Positions 25,945 to 44,676 of a DNA stretch of 64,000 nt are shown here, piece after piece (the stretch's first letter is position 1; every line of letters begins with the position of its first letter). Source of the DNA: Vicugna vicugna. Lineage: Eukaryota. The notes beneath the pieces were generated by a model that did no database searches, was not told the DNA's origin, and worked only from the letters and a program-made list of their open reading frames with translations. The translations under genes were made by a program, and so were the position numbers. The stretch covers positions 310,001-374,000 of the forward strand of contig MU059829.1 of NCBI GenBank assembly GCA_013265495.1. The letters run 5' to 3'.

Positions 25945-27823
25945 GGCAGTAAAATAATTCTAAGTATTTGAAAATCAAAAATTTCTGTCATCTGCGTAGT
26001 GTACATTTCATATTAAATATGCTACAGCTAGGGTAAAGTGAAACAAGCAGCCCCAGGCAAGGAGCGACACAGCAGCCTGCGTTACCGCGTGCCAGTGTGC
26101 GCTGTTACTTCATGCGTTTGCACTGGTTTGGACTATAATATTTAATACATCTACGTATTATTAGCTGCTCCCTTATATCCATTTGTCAATTTAGAAAAAA
26201 ATGAGAAATTCTCCATTTCATTTTTTTTAGAGTGAAACAGAAAAATGTGAACCTCTACTAAAAGTATTTATATATTGTATTTCTAAAGGCCTATATTCTT
26301 CAAATAATGTGTTAACATTTAAGTTTTGGCAACTGTAATTGTTTATCTCTGTATTTTGATATTAATACAAAGTAGAGTATGGTTTAGAAGAGAGACATAA
26401 CCTTTTTGAAATAAAGATGACCCTCATTCAGGAACCCACCATGTCCAATGTGCACTTGTCATTATAACGATCAGTTCAGTAAAGAAAAGGTGGGTTGCCC
26501 CAAAGACCCCACTGGTCATATCGGCGCCTTAAGCGGACCTATTTCCAGAACTGGTAGGACTCGGAGTTACCGCTGCTGCGCCCTCAGCTGGGGGGTCTGG
26601 AGCATGACACCCCTGCTCGGGCTGTCTGAAGACCCTTCCTCCTCAGGGCCGCCTCTCAAGTCTCCCTTCCTGCTTTTACACGTCTCACTCCAGGCTTCCT
26701 CCACTTGGGAAACTGCTGATACCTGGGCCGAGGAACGTGAACTTCATGTCTAATGGGTGAAGACACCCGGGGTCACACCGCAGGGCTCAGCGCAGTCCGA
26801 GGCTGTCAAAAGCGCAAGATAAAAACGCCTTTAATTGTGAGGTTTCCAAAGAAAAGGAAAAGGGAGTGCCACTTAGCAACTGTAGAACCCTTAGAAATTT
26901 TACTTGTTTGTAGACCTTCATGGCGGTGTCTCGAATCCTCCATCCGCAATCATGGGTCTGGGGGAGGCGGTCCGAGGGAGCGCTGGAGGCCGGAGGACGC
27001 TGGCGCGCGGCGTCCTCTGCCGGGGCGAGCGCTGCGTTCTCTCGCCTGCTTCACTGTGCTTGAGTGCAACGTAAAGCACCATTTTTGAAAAGTTACACCT
27101 GCTCTGTAATTTAGACTAGACTTGTGTCTTTTATGGATTTAGAAATAAGATAATCAAGATAACACTATAAAGGAGAAGGAAATATTTTGATGAGTTTTTT
27201 AAATTTATCAAATTTTCATAAAACAGTTTGACCACTTTTGATAAACCAGGGGCCTGTTTTCCTTCTTTCCTTAGCTCTTGGCTGACTTTCAGAGACATGT
27301 GGGGAATAAACTATTATTGTACACAACCTCCATGTCACTAAGATTGCATTAAAAACCATTTGTTTAGATTTTTAAAAGTAGAAATAAGGCTGTAGTGCGT
27401 TTGTTTAAGAAACGGCTTCTATGTGGTGGAGGCTTTTAAGCGAGCCTGTTTTACTAAATAATTTCAGCCTAGCAAATTTATAATATCCTCAGAATAGTGT
27501 ACATCTCAACTTTTTTTATTATAGAATAAACCTATTGAATATAATCAGGTATTAAAACTGCATTTAGTAAAACAGCTCTCTACTAATCCTTCCCCTGAGT
27601 CAGAGGCAGTCTCGGAGTTTAAGAGTGATACAGCACATCCTTCTTCATTGGTCTTGGGCCAACAAAAGAAGTAAATACCAAATATTAAAGTAAGGATAGA
27701 TGCTTAAAAATTTCAGTATGCTGGTACCTTGTATCTTAGTTTGAGTATAGCTGTCTTATCAAAGAAGTGTTCCAAGTAAGTGTATGTTTGTTAATATATT
27801 AAAGTGTGATATTTATTCCCTGG

Positions 27824-27829
27824 AATAAA
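27824..27829 (+). terminator. Likely distal ASB5 poly(A) signal (AATAAA); proximal candidates at 26410-26415, 27305-27310, 27525-27530
   Basis: AATAAA followed by CA and U-rich sequence, ~1.9 kb after the stop codon. Confidence 0.5.
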
Positions 27830-28076
27830 ACACTTTTTTCCTGTTCTAATTAGTACTTGATTTTGTAATGGAAGGTGATGGAGAACATGATTCCGTTGCC
27901 CTAGCTCTGTTTACCACTGGTTTTCCGATCACTGTATCGTGGGACAGTGAGAACAGAACGGTGCAGACTGAAAACAGTACCTCGAAGGTCTTCTAATCCG
28001 AACCTTACTGTATACACGTATGGAGGTCCAAGGAGAGAGTTCCACAAAGGCGAAGACAAAATACAAAAACAACCTA

Positions 28077-28546
28077 CGGGTTTCCTATACTTAGGGTGGG
28101 GTTACCTCCTGATTAACCTATCGTAAGTTGAAAATACCATGTTGGAAATGCACTTAAATTAATGCATGGACCTACAGAACATCATAGCTCAGCCTGGTCT
28201 ACCTTAAATGTGCTCAGAACCCATACATGAGCCTACAGCAGGGCAGCACCATCTAACACAAAGCCTATTTTATGAGAAAGCACTGACTACCTCATGTCAC
28301 ACATTGAGTACCGTACAGACAGTGAAAAGCAGAGTGGCTGGGTCCAGAACGGTTGTAAGAGCATCAATTGTTTCCTTCATGGTCAGCGGCTGGCTGGGAG
28401 CTGTGCTGCTGCCCAGGACCCGACAGCATGTTCCTGGTCTGGGGGGAAGATCCAAGTTCAAAATCTGAAGTGTTGTTTTTACTGAAAGCACATGGCTTTC
28501 ACACCATCGGAAAGTTGAAAAATCGTTTGGTCAAGGACTGTTTTTG
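28077..28546 (+). mobile_element. Tigger4/MER46 (Zombi)-family MITE
   Basis: ggggttacctcctgattaacctatcgtaagttgaaaat..catcatagctcagcctggtctaccttaaatgtgctcagaac..caccatcggaaagttgaaaaatcgt. Confidence 0.85.
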
Positions 28547-30440
28547 ACGTGAAATTAAAGAAATAGAAATAAATACTGGGGTAAAGCACTACTGAGACAT
28601 TTATTTTGTAGGAAAAATTATTTCATTTCTATTATTGTTGTAACCACGGAGTATTTTCCATGCTTCTGAGTCAGTAAACAGAAACACAGTTGAAAGGCTG
28701 GCCTCTTCCAAAAACGTCTAAATGTATCCACGATGTTTCCTTGGATGGCCCTGAACCCAGCTGACTGGTTCTCCATTTACAGGCTACCTAAAAATGTATC
28801 CTCTCCCTTGGGTTAGCCTCACTCTTTCACTCCAGCCTGTCTACTTTCTTACTCTTTAGTTTATTTTAAGGTTTGCACCCTCTCTTAAAAACCGAAATAA
28901 TCACTCTCAGACTTTTTCAGGTTTTCGCAACTGCTCTGGTATGGGGGCTCCCTGTCAGTGTGGGGGCCAGACCTTCTTTTAAATTCTCTCTATTGCCCAG
29001 GGGGTAAATTAAACCCCACACAGTTCTATACTTCCCGAGGGCAGATATTAATTCTCAGGGACAGTGCAATTCAAACAAGAGGAAAAGAAGTATTTTCCTA
29101 AGGGTCTCATAATTCTTGAGGCTTCCTTCTCAAAGCCAAGTCAGCACTTTACACTATTAGGTTTCAAATTATTGTGCAGATCCACATCTATTATGTACAT
29201 AAAGACATGTCGCCTTAGGCAAGAAGTTACTCTTCCAAAGGAAGGACTCAATTTAATTCTCAGCCAAACGGTCGGTCTCAGTCTGGGGGAATGGAAGGCA
29301 GTAATTTTTACTTTGTTACATTCTCCTTAGGAAAAACAAATGAGAGTATTAAAAAGAACCCCAGAACCTTCTTCTTGTGCTGTACACGAGGGGAACAGTG
29401 ACCTGATCCAACAGCTGCATGTGCCAGTTTGAGTGACATCAGGCGAGACTCAGTTCCCGGCTCCACACTTGGCCCCACACTTGGTTTAACGATCATCTTG
29501 AAATGCTTCATTTTTAAACAACGGCCCCCATGTTTTTACCTTGCGCTGTGCGCTGCAAATCATGTACCTGTTCGATTCTGCTTTGACGCTGTAATTATAC
29601 CAGCAAGTAACAGCCATCTTGGGACGCGGGCTCTTCCTCTTTGGGTAAGTCACACGGAACTTCCTCGGGAAAATCCTTTGCCCCATTCTGGGACTTAAAG
29701 GAACTAGAGAGAGAACTTGAGGTGTCTGTTCAAATGTCACCTCAATAGAGACGTAGTCTGTGGAGCCAGCTGGCTCGTTCTGGAGCCCAAAAACTCCCAC
29801 CCTGGGGCTCTCTGTGCCTGGAGCCACTGACACCTCAACCCCTGCTCCCCCTGAGAGACCCTTCGCAAACCTGCATTTCTGCAAGATACGAAACACCTTC
29901 TCAGGATGCGCGTTTATGCCAACAAAGCTAAACGGCCCAGGAGATGGCGCGGCTCACCACACCCTAGGCAGACAGGCCTCACATCCTGCCCTTAACAGAG
30001 CTGTAAACCCTATTAATTCAGAGGTGCTCCTCTCAGATCCTGTAGCCAATCAGGTACCTGTGCACGAACTGACCACACAGCCCCTGCTCCTGGCATGCAC
30101 AGCCCCCTGCCCCAGTAAAGGACCCTGCACGGCCACACTCAGGACCCAGTGGGTGAGCCTGGTGTCTGAACTCCAGCATCAGGAAGACACCCCACCCCCT
30201 CCATGGGCAGAAGCAGACACGGGCAGGTCGCCCCTAGAACAGCACAGATGCCTCTGGTGGAGCGGAACACAGGAGGCGCTCACTCTGCATTTCCCAGACT
30301 CCGAAGCGGAAGAGAGGTGGCTAAGGTGTGGGGCGGGGGAGTGAAGCTCCGGGCCACAGTGTGGAACTGCAAACACGTGAGCTTATGCACTGAAAAGGAG
30401 TGTAACTTCCCAGGGATCAGTGACAATAGAAAACCACCCA

Positions 30441-30757
30441 CAGTGGCCCCTCAGTATCTGCGGGGGGCTGGTTCCAGGATCCCCAAGGATGCCAGAATCC
30501 CAGGCATGCTCAAGTCCCTTTTAAAGAAAGGCCTGGTACTTGCTATCACCCATGCATACCCTACTGTACATTTAAAATCATCTCTAGATTCCTTATATTA
30601 CCTAATACAATGTAAATGTTATGTAAACAGTTGCCAGCGGGAGGCAAATGCAACTTTTGCCTTTCGGATCTTTCTGGAGTGTTTTTCCGTTAACATTGTC
30701 CATCTGAGATAAGTTAAATCCACTGATGTAGAACCCTCAGATCCAGAGGGCCGACTG
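30441..30757 (+). mobile_element. MER2B-like (Tigger2-derived) MITE
   Basis: Terminal inverted repeats cagtggcccctc.. / ..gagggccgactg followed by TA; internal tcatctctagatt..cctaatacaatgtaaatg. Confidence 0.9.
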
Positions 30758-30929
30758 TATTCACACATTTACGCTTTATAAACTGCAATATATTTCCTCA
30801 AAGCCAGCTTCTAAGCACTTTCATTCTTCCTCTTTGAGAACTTTCTCGATCAACAAAATACCCGTATCAGGTAAAGCGCCCTGAACCTTCTTCAGACACT
30901 TACGTGATAGGTCAACAACAGTTACTGGA

Positions 30930-31431
30930 TTGGATGGCTGTTTGCCTTTTGCAGAAGTTGGATGCGTCTTAGAGGATAACAGTGGATTATTGTAAACTCA
31001 GTCAGGAGGTACCTTCGGTTATGGCTGCTTTTCCATTTGAGGTATCTTGGCTGGAACCAGTCTCCGCAGCAATCCCTGGCAACTGTTGTGCTGCTATCGA
31101 TCTGCAAAGTGCTTTCTCCCTCCGTGATAATATGCAAGCATCACCAGAAGCAGCTTGCTTTTATCTAGCAGGACGAATAGTGCACATTCATCATCTTGTC
31201 AGGTCAAATCAATTTTCTGGCTCTTTGCCACAAGATCAGCAGAAGTTTTTGAGTGTCTTAACATCCCACACGACATCCGGCTGGTCCACTCTGATCGTGA
31301 TGCCGTGGATCTGATGAACAGAAGTAGCCAGTCGCTCAGCTGCCTTGGCAAGAAACAGATGAGCTGGCAGTGGAGGGAGACCTCACTCCCACATATGAAG
31401 CAATGGGTCATTCAGCAGGAAAACAGAAGTC
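30930..31431 (+). mobile_element. ERV-L (class III ERV) pol reverse-transcriptase relic; resumes at ~31843-31885 after an LTR insertion
   Basis: QKLDAS*RITVDYCKLSQ..AAIDLQSAF and PHDIRLVHSDRD align to ERV-L QKTDGSWRMTVDYCKLNQ..AAIDLANAF..PQDITLVHYIDD; stops and frameshifts present. Confidence 0.85.
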
Positions 31432-31838
31432 CGTCAGGTAGTTAGATAGAAATGAGTGCTGGGCAGGGGGAGAGGAAGGGGGAAAGGAGCAACCCAGAAC
31501 ACAAGAACCTGAGCTGCCAACCAGCCTGAGCACAAGGCAAGGGACCTGAGCTGTCAATCAGCCTGAGACTCAAAGAACCTGAGAAGCAAACCAATCAATC
31601 GGTCATGAAAACGCCCCTAAGCCAAGATATAAAAATAGGGAGAACAAGGGAGCGTGTCATTTTTCCTCTCTGGGACTGGCCGGCTCCCAGCTCTTGGGAG
31701 CGCACTATATTCTACTACCTTTTTACTTTACTAATAAAGGCTTGTTTATATCACACATTCTCTCTCTCGTTAAAAATTCTTTTTTTTTTTGGGTGACTAA
31801 GAACAGAGGTAATTCTTATTTCCCTTTTCCCAGTAACA
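31432..31838 (+). mobile_element. Solo ERV LTR (~407 bp, ERV1-like) with 4-bp TSD AGTC
   Basis: (C/T)GTCA...TAACA termini; AGTC at 31428-31431 and 31839-31842; U3 direct repeats; CCAAT 31591; TATAAAAA 31628; AATAAA 31733. Confidence 0.85.
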
Positions 31839-32170
31839 AGTCCATGAATTCAACAAGAATTAAATATCTGGAAATGGTTAGACGGATGCTGAGGAACTAA
31901 AAAGCTGAGACCGTCAAATTAACAGAGAGACTCAGGAGGCTTTCCTAGCTGGGGAGCGAAGGGAAGCAGTGGGGGTTCTAAGAGCCGAGCCCGGAGGGAA
32001 GCCCTCCAGGCTGCCGTTTGAAGGGGGGGCCAACAAAGCAGGTGCTGATTCCTCACCAGATCAGAGGAGGGGTCCTAGAGGAAAATCTGGGACGTGGAGT
32101 TCTGAGCGCCACCACGTCCCAGTGGCACTGAAACCTCTGAGGGGTACGACGACACTGGCTCCAGGAATGC

Positions 32171-32200
32171 AACAAACAAACAAACAACAACAACAACAAA
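32171..32200 (+). repeat. Compound (AAAC)n(AAC)n microsatellite
   Basis: Direct reading. Confidence 0.85.
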
Positions 32201-32689
32201 ACCCTGGATACTGGACCCCCTGCCGCTGACTGGGGAAGCTTCGCTGCCATCATGACATTCCTTTGAACAGCCCTCTTCCTTCCCCGGGCCTCCTGGTCTC
32301 TCTCTGTCCCCCACTACTGGCAGAATTTCATAAAACTCAGCAAAGGAGAAACCACGTTGCTGAGTTACACTTTCACAGGGCAGAACATGGAAGACTGTGT
32401 TAGAAACAGATCTATTTGCTTAACAGTTGGCACATTTATTATAGGAAAAATACTAACCCCGTAGCAAGACTGTTCTCAGTCAAGCTCCAATCTACAGCCC
32501 GACGTGACCTCTCCAGCCATGGCCCCTAGACCTTGGGTCAGCCCACACTTTCTATAACTCTAATGGGTTATTTGTTATTTCCTAAAACCCATTAAAAAAT
32601 TCTCATAGCACAGATTGCATTGCCTGCTTCTGCTCAGAGTCCCCTCCCCTCTTCTTCCACAAGTTCCTTGATCATCTTGGAAACGCCAT

Positions 32690-32830
32690 TGATACTTAGG
32701 GAGCCTTTACAGTGTGTGCACACTGTTCCAGGCTCTTCTCTCATTTAACTTAATTTAATCCTCAGCACAACCCTGGGAGGTACATCCTACTTAATCCCAT
32801 CTTTTACAAATAAAACTGGTCAAATAAGTA
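32690..32830 (-). mobile_element. MIR fragment
   Basis: atttaatcctcagcacaaccctgggaggtac..cccatcttttacaaat. Confidence 0.7.
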
Positions 32831-33054
32831 ATAAAATGTACAGCCGATGCTCCAAAGCCTGTGTCAGAACCAACTCAAACGCCGCCTTCTAAGGTCCACA
32901 TCCGAAGTCAGCTCCTTTGAGAAGACACCTACCCTCCCTCGGGCCAAGTTACTTGCTTCCTCCTTGGTACTAATATATTCTCACCATGGCAAAGCTTCTC
33001 AAGGTACATGATCTTTGTCAGATATTTATATCTCTGCTCCCTCTATAAATAATC

Positions 33055-33250
33055 CAGAGCACAGCTGTTGAACAGAACCGCCTGCAACCACAGTGCAGTG
33101 TCTGGGCTGCGCAGTGTGGGGACCTCTGGCCCCCCAGGGCTACTGAGCTGTTGAAATGTAGCCATTGTTACTCACTTTATTTAAATTTATTTAAATTTAA
33201 AGCTGAATCCACATGGGGCCAGTGGCTCCCATACTGAATAGTGAAGACCT
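33055..33250. mobile_element. MER3 (hAT-Charlie) MITE
   Basis: ctgttgaacagaacc..ggctactgagctgttgaaatgtagc..aatttaaa..ccacatggggccagtggctcccatactgaatag. Confidence 0.75.
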
Positions 33251-34019
33251 AGTGTACGGCAAAGTTCCTCAGAAAAAGTTCACTGAAGGAATGACTCATT
33301 CGTGAAAAACTACACTGGGTGAAGGAAAAGCACCTGTATAGCTTCGCTTTTGTTTTTTTTTTTAACCATATACAAACTCACATTGGTTTACTTTAATAAA
33401 CATGTATGTGAATAATTCAACACAATATATAGCTCCACTCTCAATATCTATTCCATATTTAATCTTGGATAATACTATGTATTCAAATACCACTATGTAT
33501 TCAAAAACAAATACATTCATTTGTTTTTGCTGTAAATTTTTTTAAAGGATTTTAATAGTTCTGCTGTGTAAATGTTTAATTTATTATTGTCTATGCCTGC
33601 TCTGCAATCCTTTTTCTCCCCTCTGCATTTTTCACTGATAAATTCCAAGTGGCTAGATCAGGGCCTGCCATTCACTAGGGACTCAGTAAATATTTGTCAA
33701 ATGAACGAATCATGCATACTGAATCACATTTCACTGTGAAACGTGAAAATCTAGTTTACTTCCAAATTCTTTTCAAATATTTAATTTCTATGAACACAAC
33801 GCGGTAATCAAGTAAATAGTTATGTTAAATTTTGTAGACATTAGCACTTAATTTTGAACATTTTTTCATTAATAACGTTAGAACAAAAGCCCTACAGTTT
33901 CCATTTCCAAACAAAAACCGTCTTTGTCCTCTGAAAGGTCCTCATATCCTTCTCAAAATGCTTGACTTAAAATAGGCCTTAGGCAGGGCAGAAACCACAA
34001 TACTCAAAATGTCAGCTTC

Positions 34020-40910
<6,891 letters not shown>

Positions 40911-41117
40911 CCTTGAAAACATTCTTTTGACTCTAGGAAACCAATCAGACACATGGAAAAGGAACCTGGATGAGCATCTGTCTAATGGCTTTGAAGAAGT
41001 GATGCCACCACCCCCGCCCATCCAAAGGGATACAATCACCCAGCCTCGGATGTATGTCAATAATAAGTAAATGAAAGTGGTGTCTTATCCATAGCTGGGC
41101 TGAAGAACATTTTTTCT

Positions 41118-41180
41118 TTCAATTCAGCAACCATTTATTAAATACCTGTGCCAGGTACTGTTGAAAATACAAAATCACTT
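41118..41180 (-). mobile_element. L2 3' end fragment carrying overlapping poly(A) hexamers
   Basis: ttcaattcagcaaccatttattaaatacctgtgccaggtactgt. Confidence 0.65.
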
Positions 41181-42392
41181 TAATTCGTACAGAATGAGCA
41201 AACATAATTTCAAAGGTACAGTTAAACCCATAATTCTCATGACGAGTAAGAATTCTTTCTCATAAATTTTGTAGGAACAGTAAGCGGGCTTTGTGATACG
41301 TTTTCCTCCCTAGAAAATGAAAAGGGCTCTGCTACTAGTTTGCCAGATAGTATTTATTTACAAGTCATCCTCATTAATAAAAATTTGTTCTGAATGATTA
41401 TTACTATTACACATTGGCCCATAGAAAATCTTGCCCACCTCCTTAAATACCTTTAATTAAGCCAGTTTTAAAAAACAGGTGTCCATCCTGTTGACACTGA
41501 GTTGTGGGGAAGGAAAATCGTGCTTGGAATTTCATTCTGGTGTTTAGCAGTCCAACTAGTTAGGTTAAGACTCCTACTGGGTGTTGCTATGCCCCCGTGT
41601 TCTTACTGAAGGGGAACAAAAGCAGCGTGATGTCCTGAAAGACTGCTTATCTTTCATAGATTCTTGACAACTTTATGTTCCTATCTGGAAAATTTTCTTC
41701 AAGTGGAATTAGTCATGTTTTTCTGCCGTCTCATTACCAGTGCCATTTGACTTCCAAGATGAGTATTACTGCTCCGGCATCCCATGACATGCTTGTCAAT
41801 TTGCAGCAAAACTCTATTAGTTTTTCTGCATTTTTGAAGGGTAGACAGTTTTATTAGGATTTCTATCTCCAGAGAGTTTCTTGTTTAATCTTACACTTTT
41901 GGATGGAGTATATTTAGTAAAAGAAATTGAAGAGAGCCTGACGAAATAGATGACTTCTTGGGAATGTGTTGAGGAATGTATGAGAGTAACTTTTAAACCA
42001 TAAAATATAGTTCCTTAGGAAAGGGTCTTGGACATAAGTCTTCTGGAGCTCAGCTGGGGTAACATCCAGAGAGAGTTATCTATGATGGTATACAGTATTT
42101 AAATTCGACATTAAAGTACTTTTTTCAATTATTTAGGTACCCACGTTTCACAGAGATATGGTATAATAAGTACCTATTAAGAGTTGCCTATAAAGGTATA
42201 TTCTGCATTAGTGGTACACTAAATACGAAACCCTAAATTTTACAAATAATTGGTGAGGCTTTTACGGTATTGAGAGTGCCTTTTGACTTAAGACCGAAAA
42301 AGGGTCAATTCTCCTGTTATAAGGACAACAAAATACAGCCATTGCTCTAATGCAACCATGTTTCTGAACACATCTGGGTGATTTCATGGAAA

Positions 42393-42408
42393 TATATATA
42401 TATATATA
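42393..42408 (+). repeat. (TA)8 microsatellite
   Basis: Direct reading. Confidence 0.9.
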
Positions 42409-44556
42409 GTTCATTAATTTTGACTGGCATAAGAATCATACAGTTTTGCAAGATGTAGCCCATTTTCATGTTGCAGTTTTGTTAGCCATCTGGTAATTTT
42501 TACAGGCAAAATATTTTTCCAAAGCTTTTAAAATCATTGTCTGATGAGACTTCTTTCATAAAGGCATATTTCAACTTGCAAAATAATTTGTCCACATTAT
42601 CAGTAATATGGACATCTTCAAATCATGAAATAAGTTCATGTTATTTGTTGGGTTTCCATGCATATTAAATATAACAGTAGAATTTAATTTATAAATTTTA
42701 AAAATTGCTTTGTTTTTCACATTAAGACACATATACAGATAATATATTCAAATGGCATAGTTCGGTGAAGAATTAATGGTAATAATGGTAAAGCAGAGCA
42801 CACCATTGAAGCCAGAGCAACAGAACTGCATCTGAATCAAATTTAGGTTTTAGACAAACATTGGGTTACACCTCTGTCATCTTCATATGTTAAAGATTTG
42901 TAAGTTTTTTAGTACTTTATATATAAAAATATTATTTCCTGCATTCATTAAAAAACAGAAGAATGTTAACACTTACCCACGTATAACCTAAACTCGGTAT
43001 CTCTGAAGTATTTAAAGAACAATGTAGGGCTTCTTAATCTATTTTAATACAAAAGAAAGAGAAGGACAGTGGGGTTTAGATTGCACTTTTAAGTGAGGAG
43101 ACTTCAGCTCATATGTGCCAATTAATAATCCCCTCACCTAAAATGAAATCCGAGTGACACATATCACTAAGGGGTAAAAGAGTACTTCTCAGATACACCT
43201 TATATTAGCCATGGCCTCTCTGAGTTGCATACATCTCTTCTATAATATCATCACTATTTTTTTTTATAAAATAGAATTTAAGCCTAAAACGTTTTTTAAT
43301 GGAGTTAGAAGTGGTCACTGTGAAACAGGTCCATAATATATGTTGTCTTCTGTTTTAAGAAGCTTACTGAAGAAAACTTTAAAAATATTTTAAGTGCAAC
43401 AAGTTTAAAGATAATAAAAAAAAATCACAGTCATTCTAGTTATATGAGCTCACTCCTTAGACAAAAACATGTTTGTTACAAATTGTGTAAAACAACTTGA
43501 GTATCAAAGTGCTGCTCTCCTGGTCACATTCATTTCATGAATTTCGAAGTCAGAATTCCAGTACAATTGAAATACTTGTACTCATGCCTCAGCTTTTTGT
43601 TTTTACAGATTTACTCTTTTAATAAATATTTTAAAAACCTAAACTTACATAATATACCCTAAATTTCAACTAATGTCCTGTTTCTGATTTGAAACTGATT
43701 TTCATCAAATAAGTTATGTTTATTATATTAGAGAGTTCATATAAGTTGATTATATTATATAAATATTAAGTATATTAATCAAAATTAATATTCATAAACA
43801 CCAAATATCTTTTCAAATGGTCAACTATAATCAAATAGAAATTCTCCTGTGGACGTGACTGCACTTTGTGGTTTTCACTGCCCATGTCTTTCATACTTGC
43901 ATAACCTGTTCCTTTATAATTGGACGTTTGAGTTTCCAGTACAAACCTTGGGAATGCTTTCTTTTTAAAAAATTTACACTCAAAAATATTTTGACTGTGC
44001 ATCCATCTATTGATAAATATATTAGACTTATAACTGAAAACTTTGGTTAAATATGCGCTAAAATGAACGGTTTACCCGGCATTTTACAGAGGACAACATA
44101 GGTGTCTGCTAACTTGAAGGCGAGTTGTACGTGTCTCACACTTCGATACTTCGAGATGCTCAGCCCTCTAGATGTTCTTTCAGTGCTCACTGCATGCCAA
44201 GCACGGTACAAGGTGTTACACTATTTTATACGTTTCAATGTTTCAACAAAAAACTACGTGGTACCTTTTATCCTTTGTGAAACTTTTATATGTGCTTTTA
44301 GATTTGTCAGTCCTTTATACTTTAAATATTACCTTCCTCCAAATATAGCTATTATGTTTGATAAAGGAGACACCTATTTTTTTCCTTGAAATTCTATAAA
44401 TATTTTACTCTTTGAAGTTAATGAATAAATCAAGTGTGAGTCCCTACCTCCCCCGCTCTTCCTCCGGACCTTTGGCCCTTGGACAACACAGGTTAAGGTC
44501 ATACTAACCCATAAAGGTCTTTAAAAAAAAAATTAAGTGTGGAGAAAAACCTTCTA

Positions 44557-44676
44557 TTAAAATGGGTTGAGTCGTATTCCAGTCCCCAGAGGTGAGAATG
44601 GGTTCACCTTCGCCCACATCAAAGCATCATTCAAGGAGATGGTGGATTTCCCGTCTTCAAGAAAAAATACAGGGCC
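44557..44676 (-). CDS. WDR17: WDR17 last exon CDS (120 nt): GPVFFLEDGKSTISLNDALMWAKVNPFSPLGTGIRLNPF*
   Basis: ggtgcag|GGC acceptor; TAA at 44559-44557. Confidence 0.97.
   Translation of the reverse strand, partial: GPVFFLEDGKSTISLNDALMWAKVNPFSPLGTGIRLNPF

Noticed and set aside
29760-30712. 194-aa and 169-aa ORFs
   Set aside because: No recognisable domain; the second runs through a MER2B MITE.
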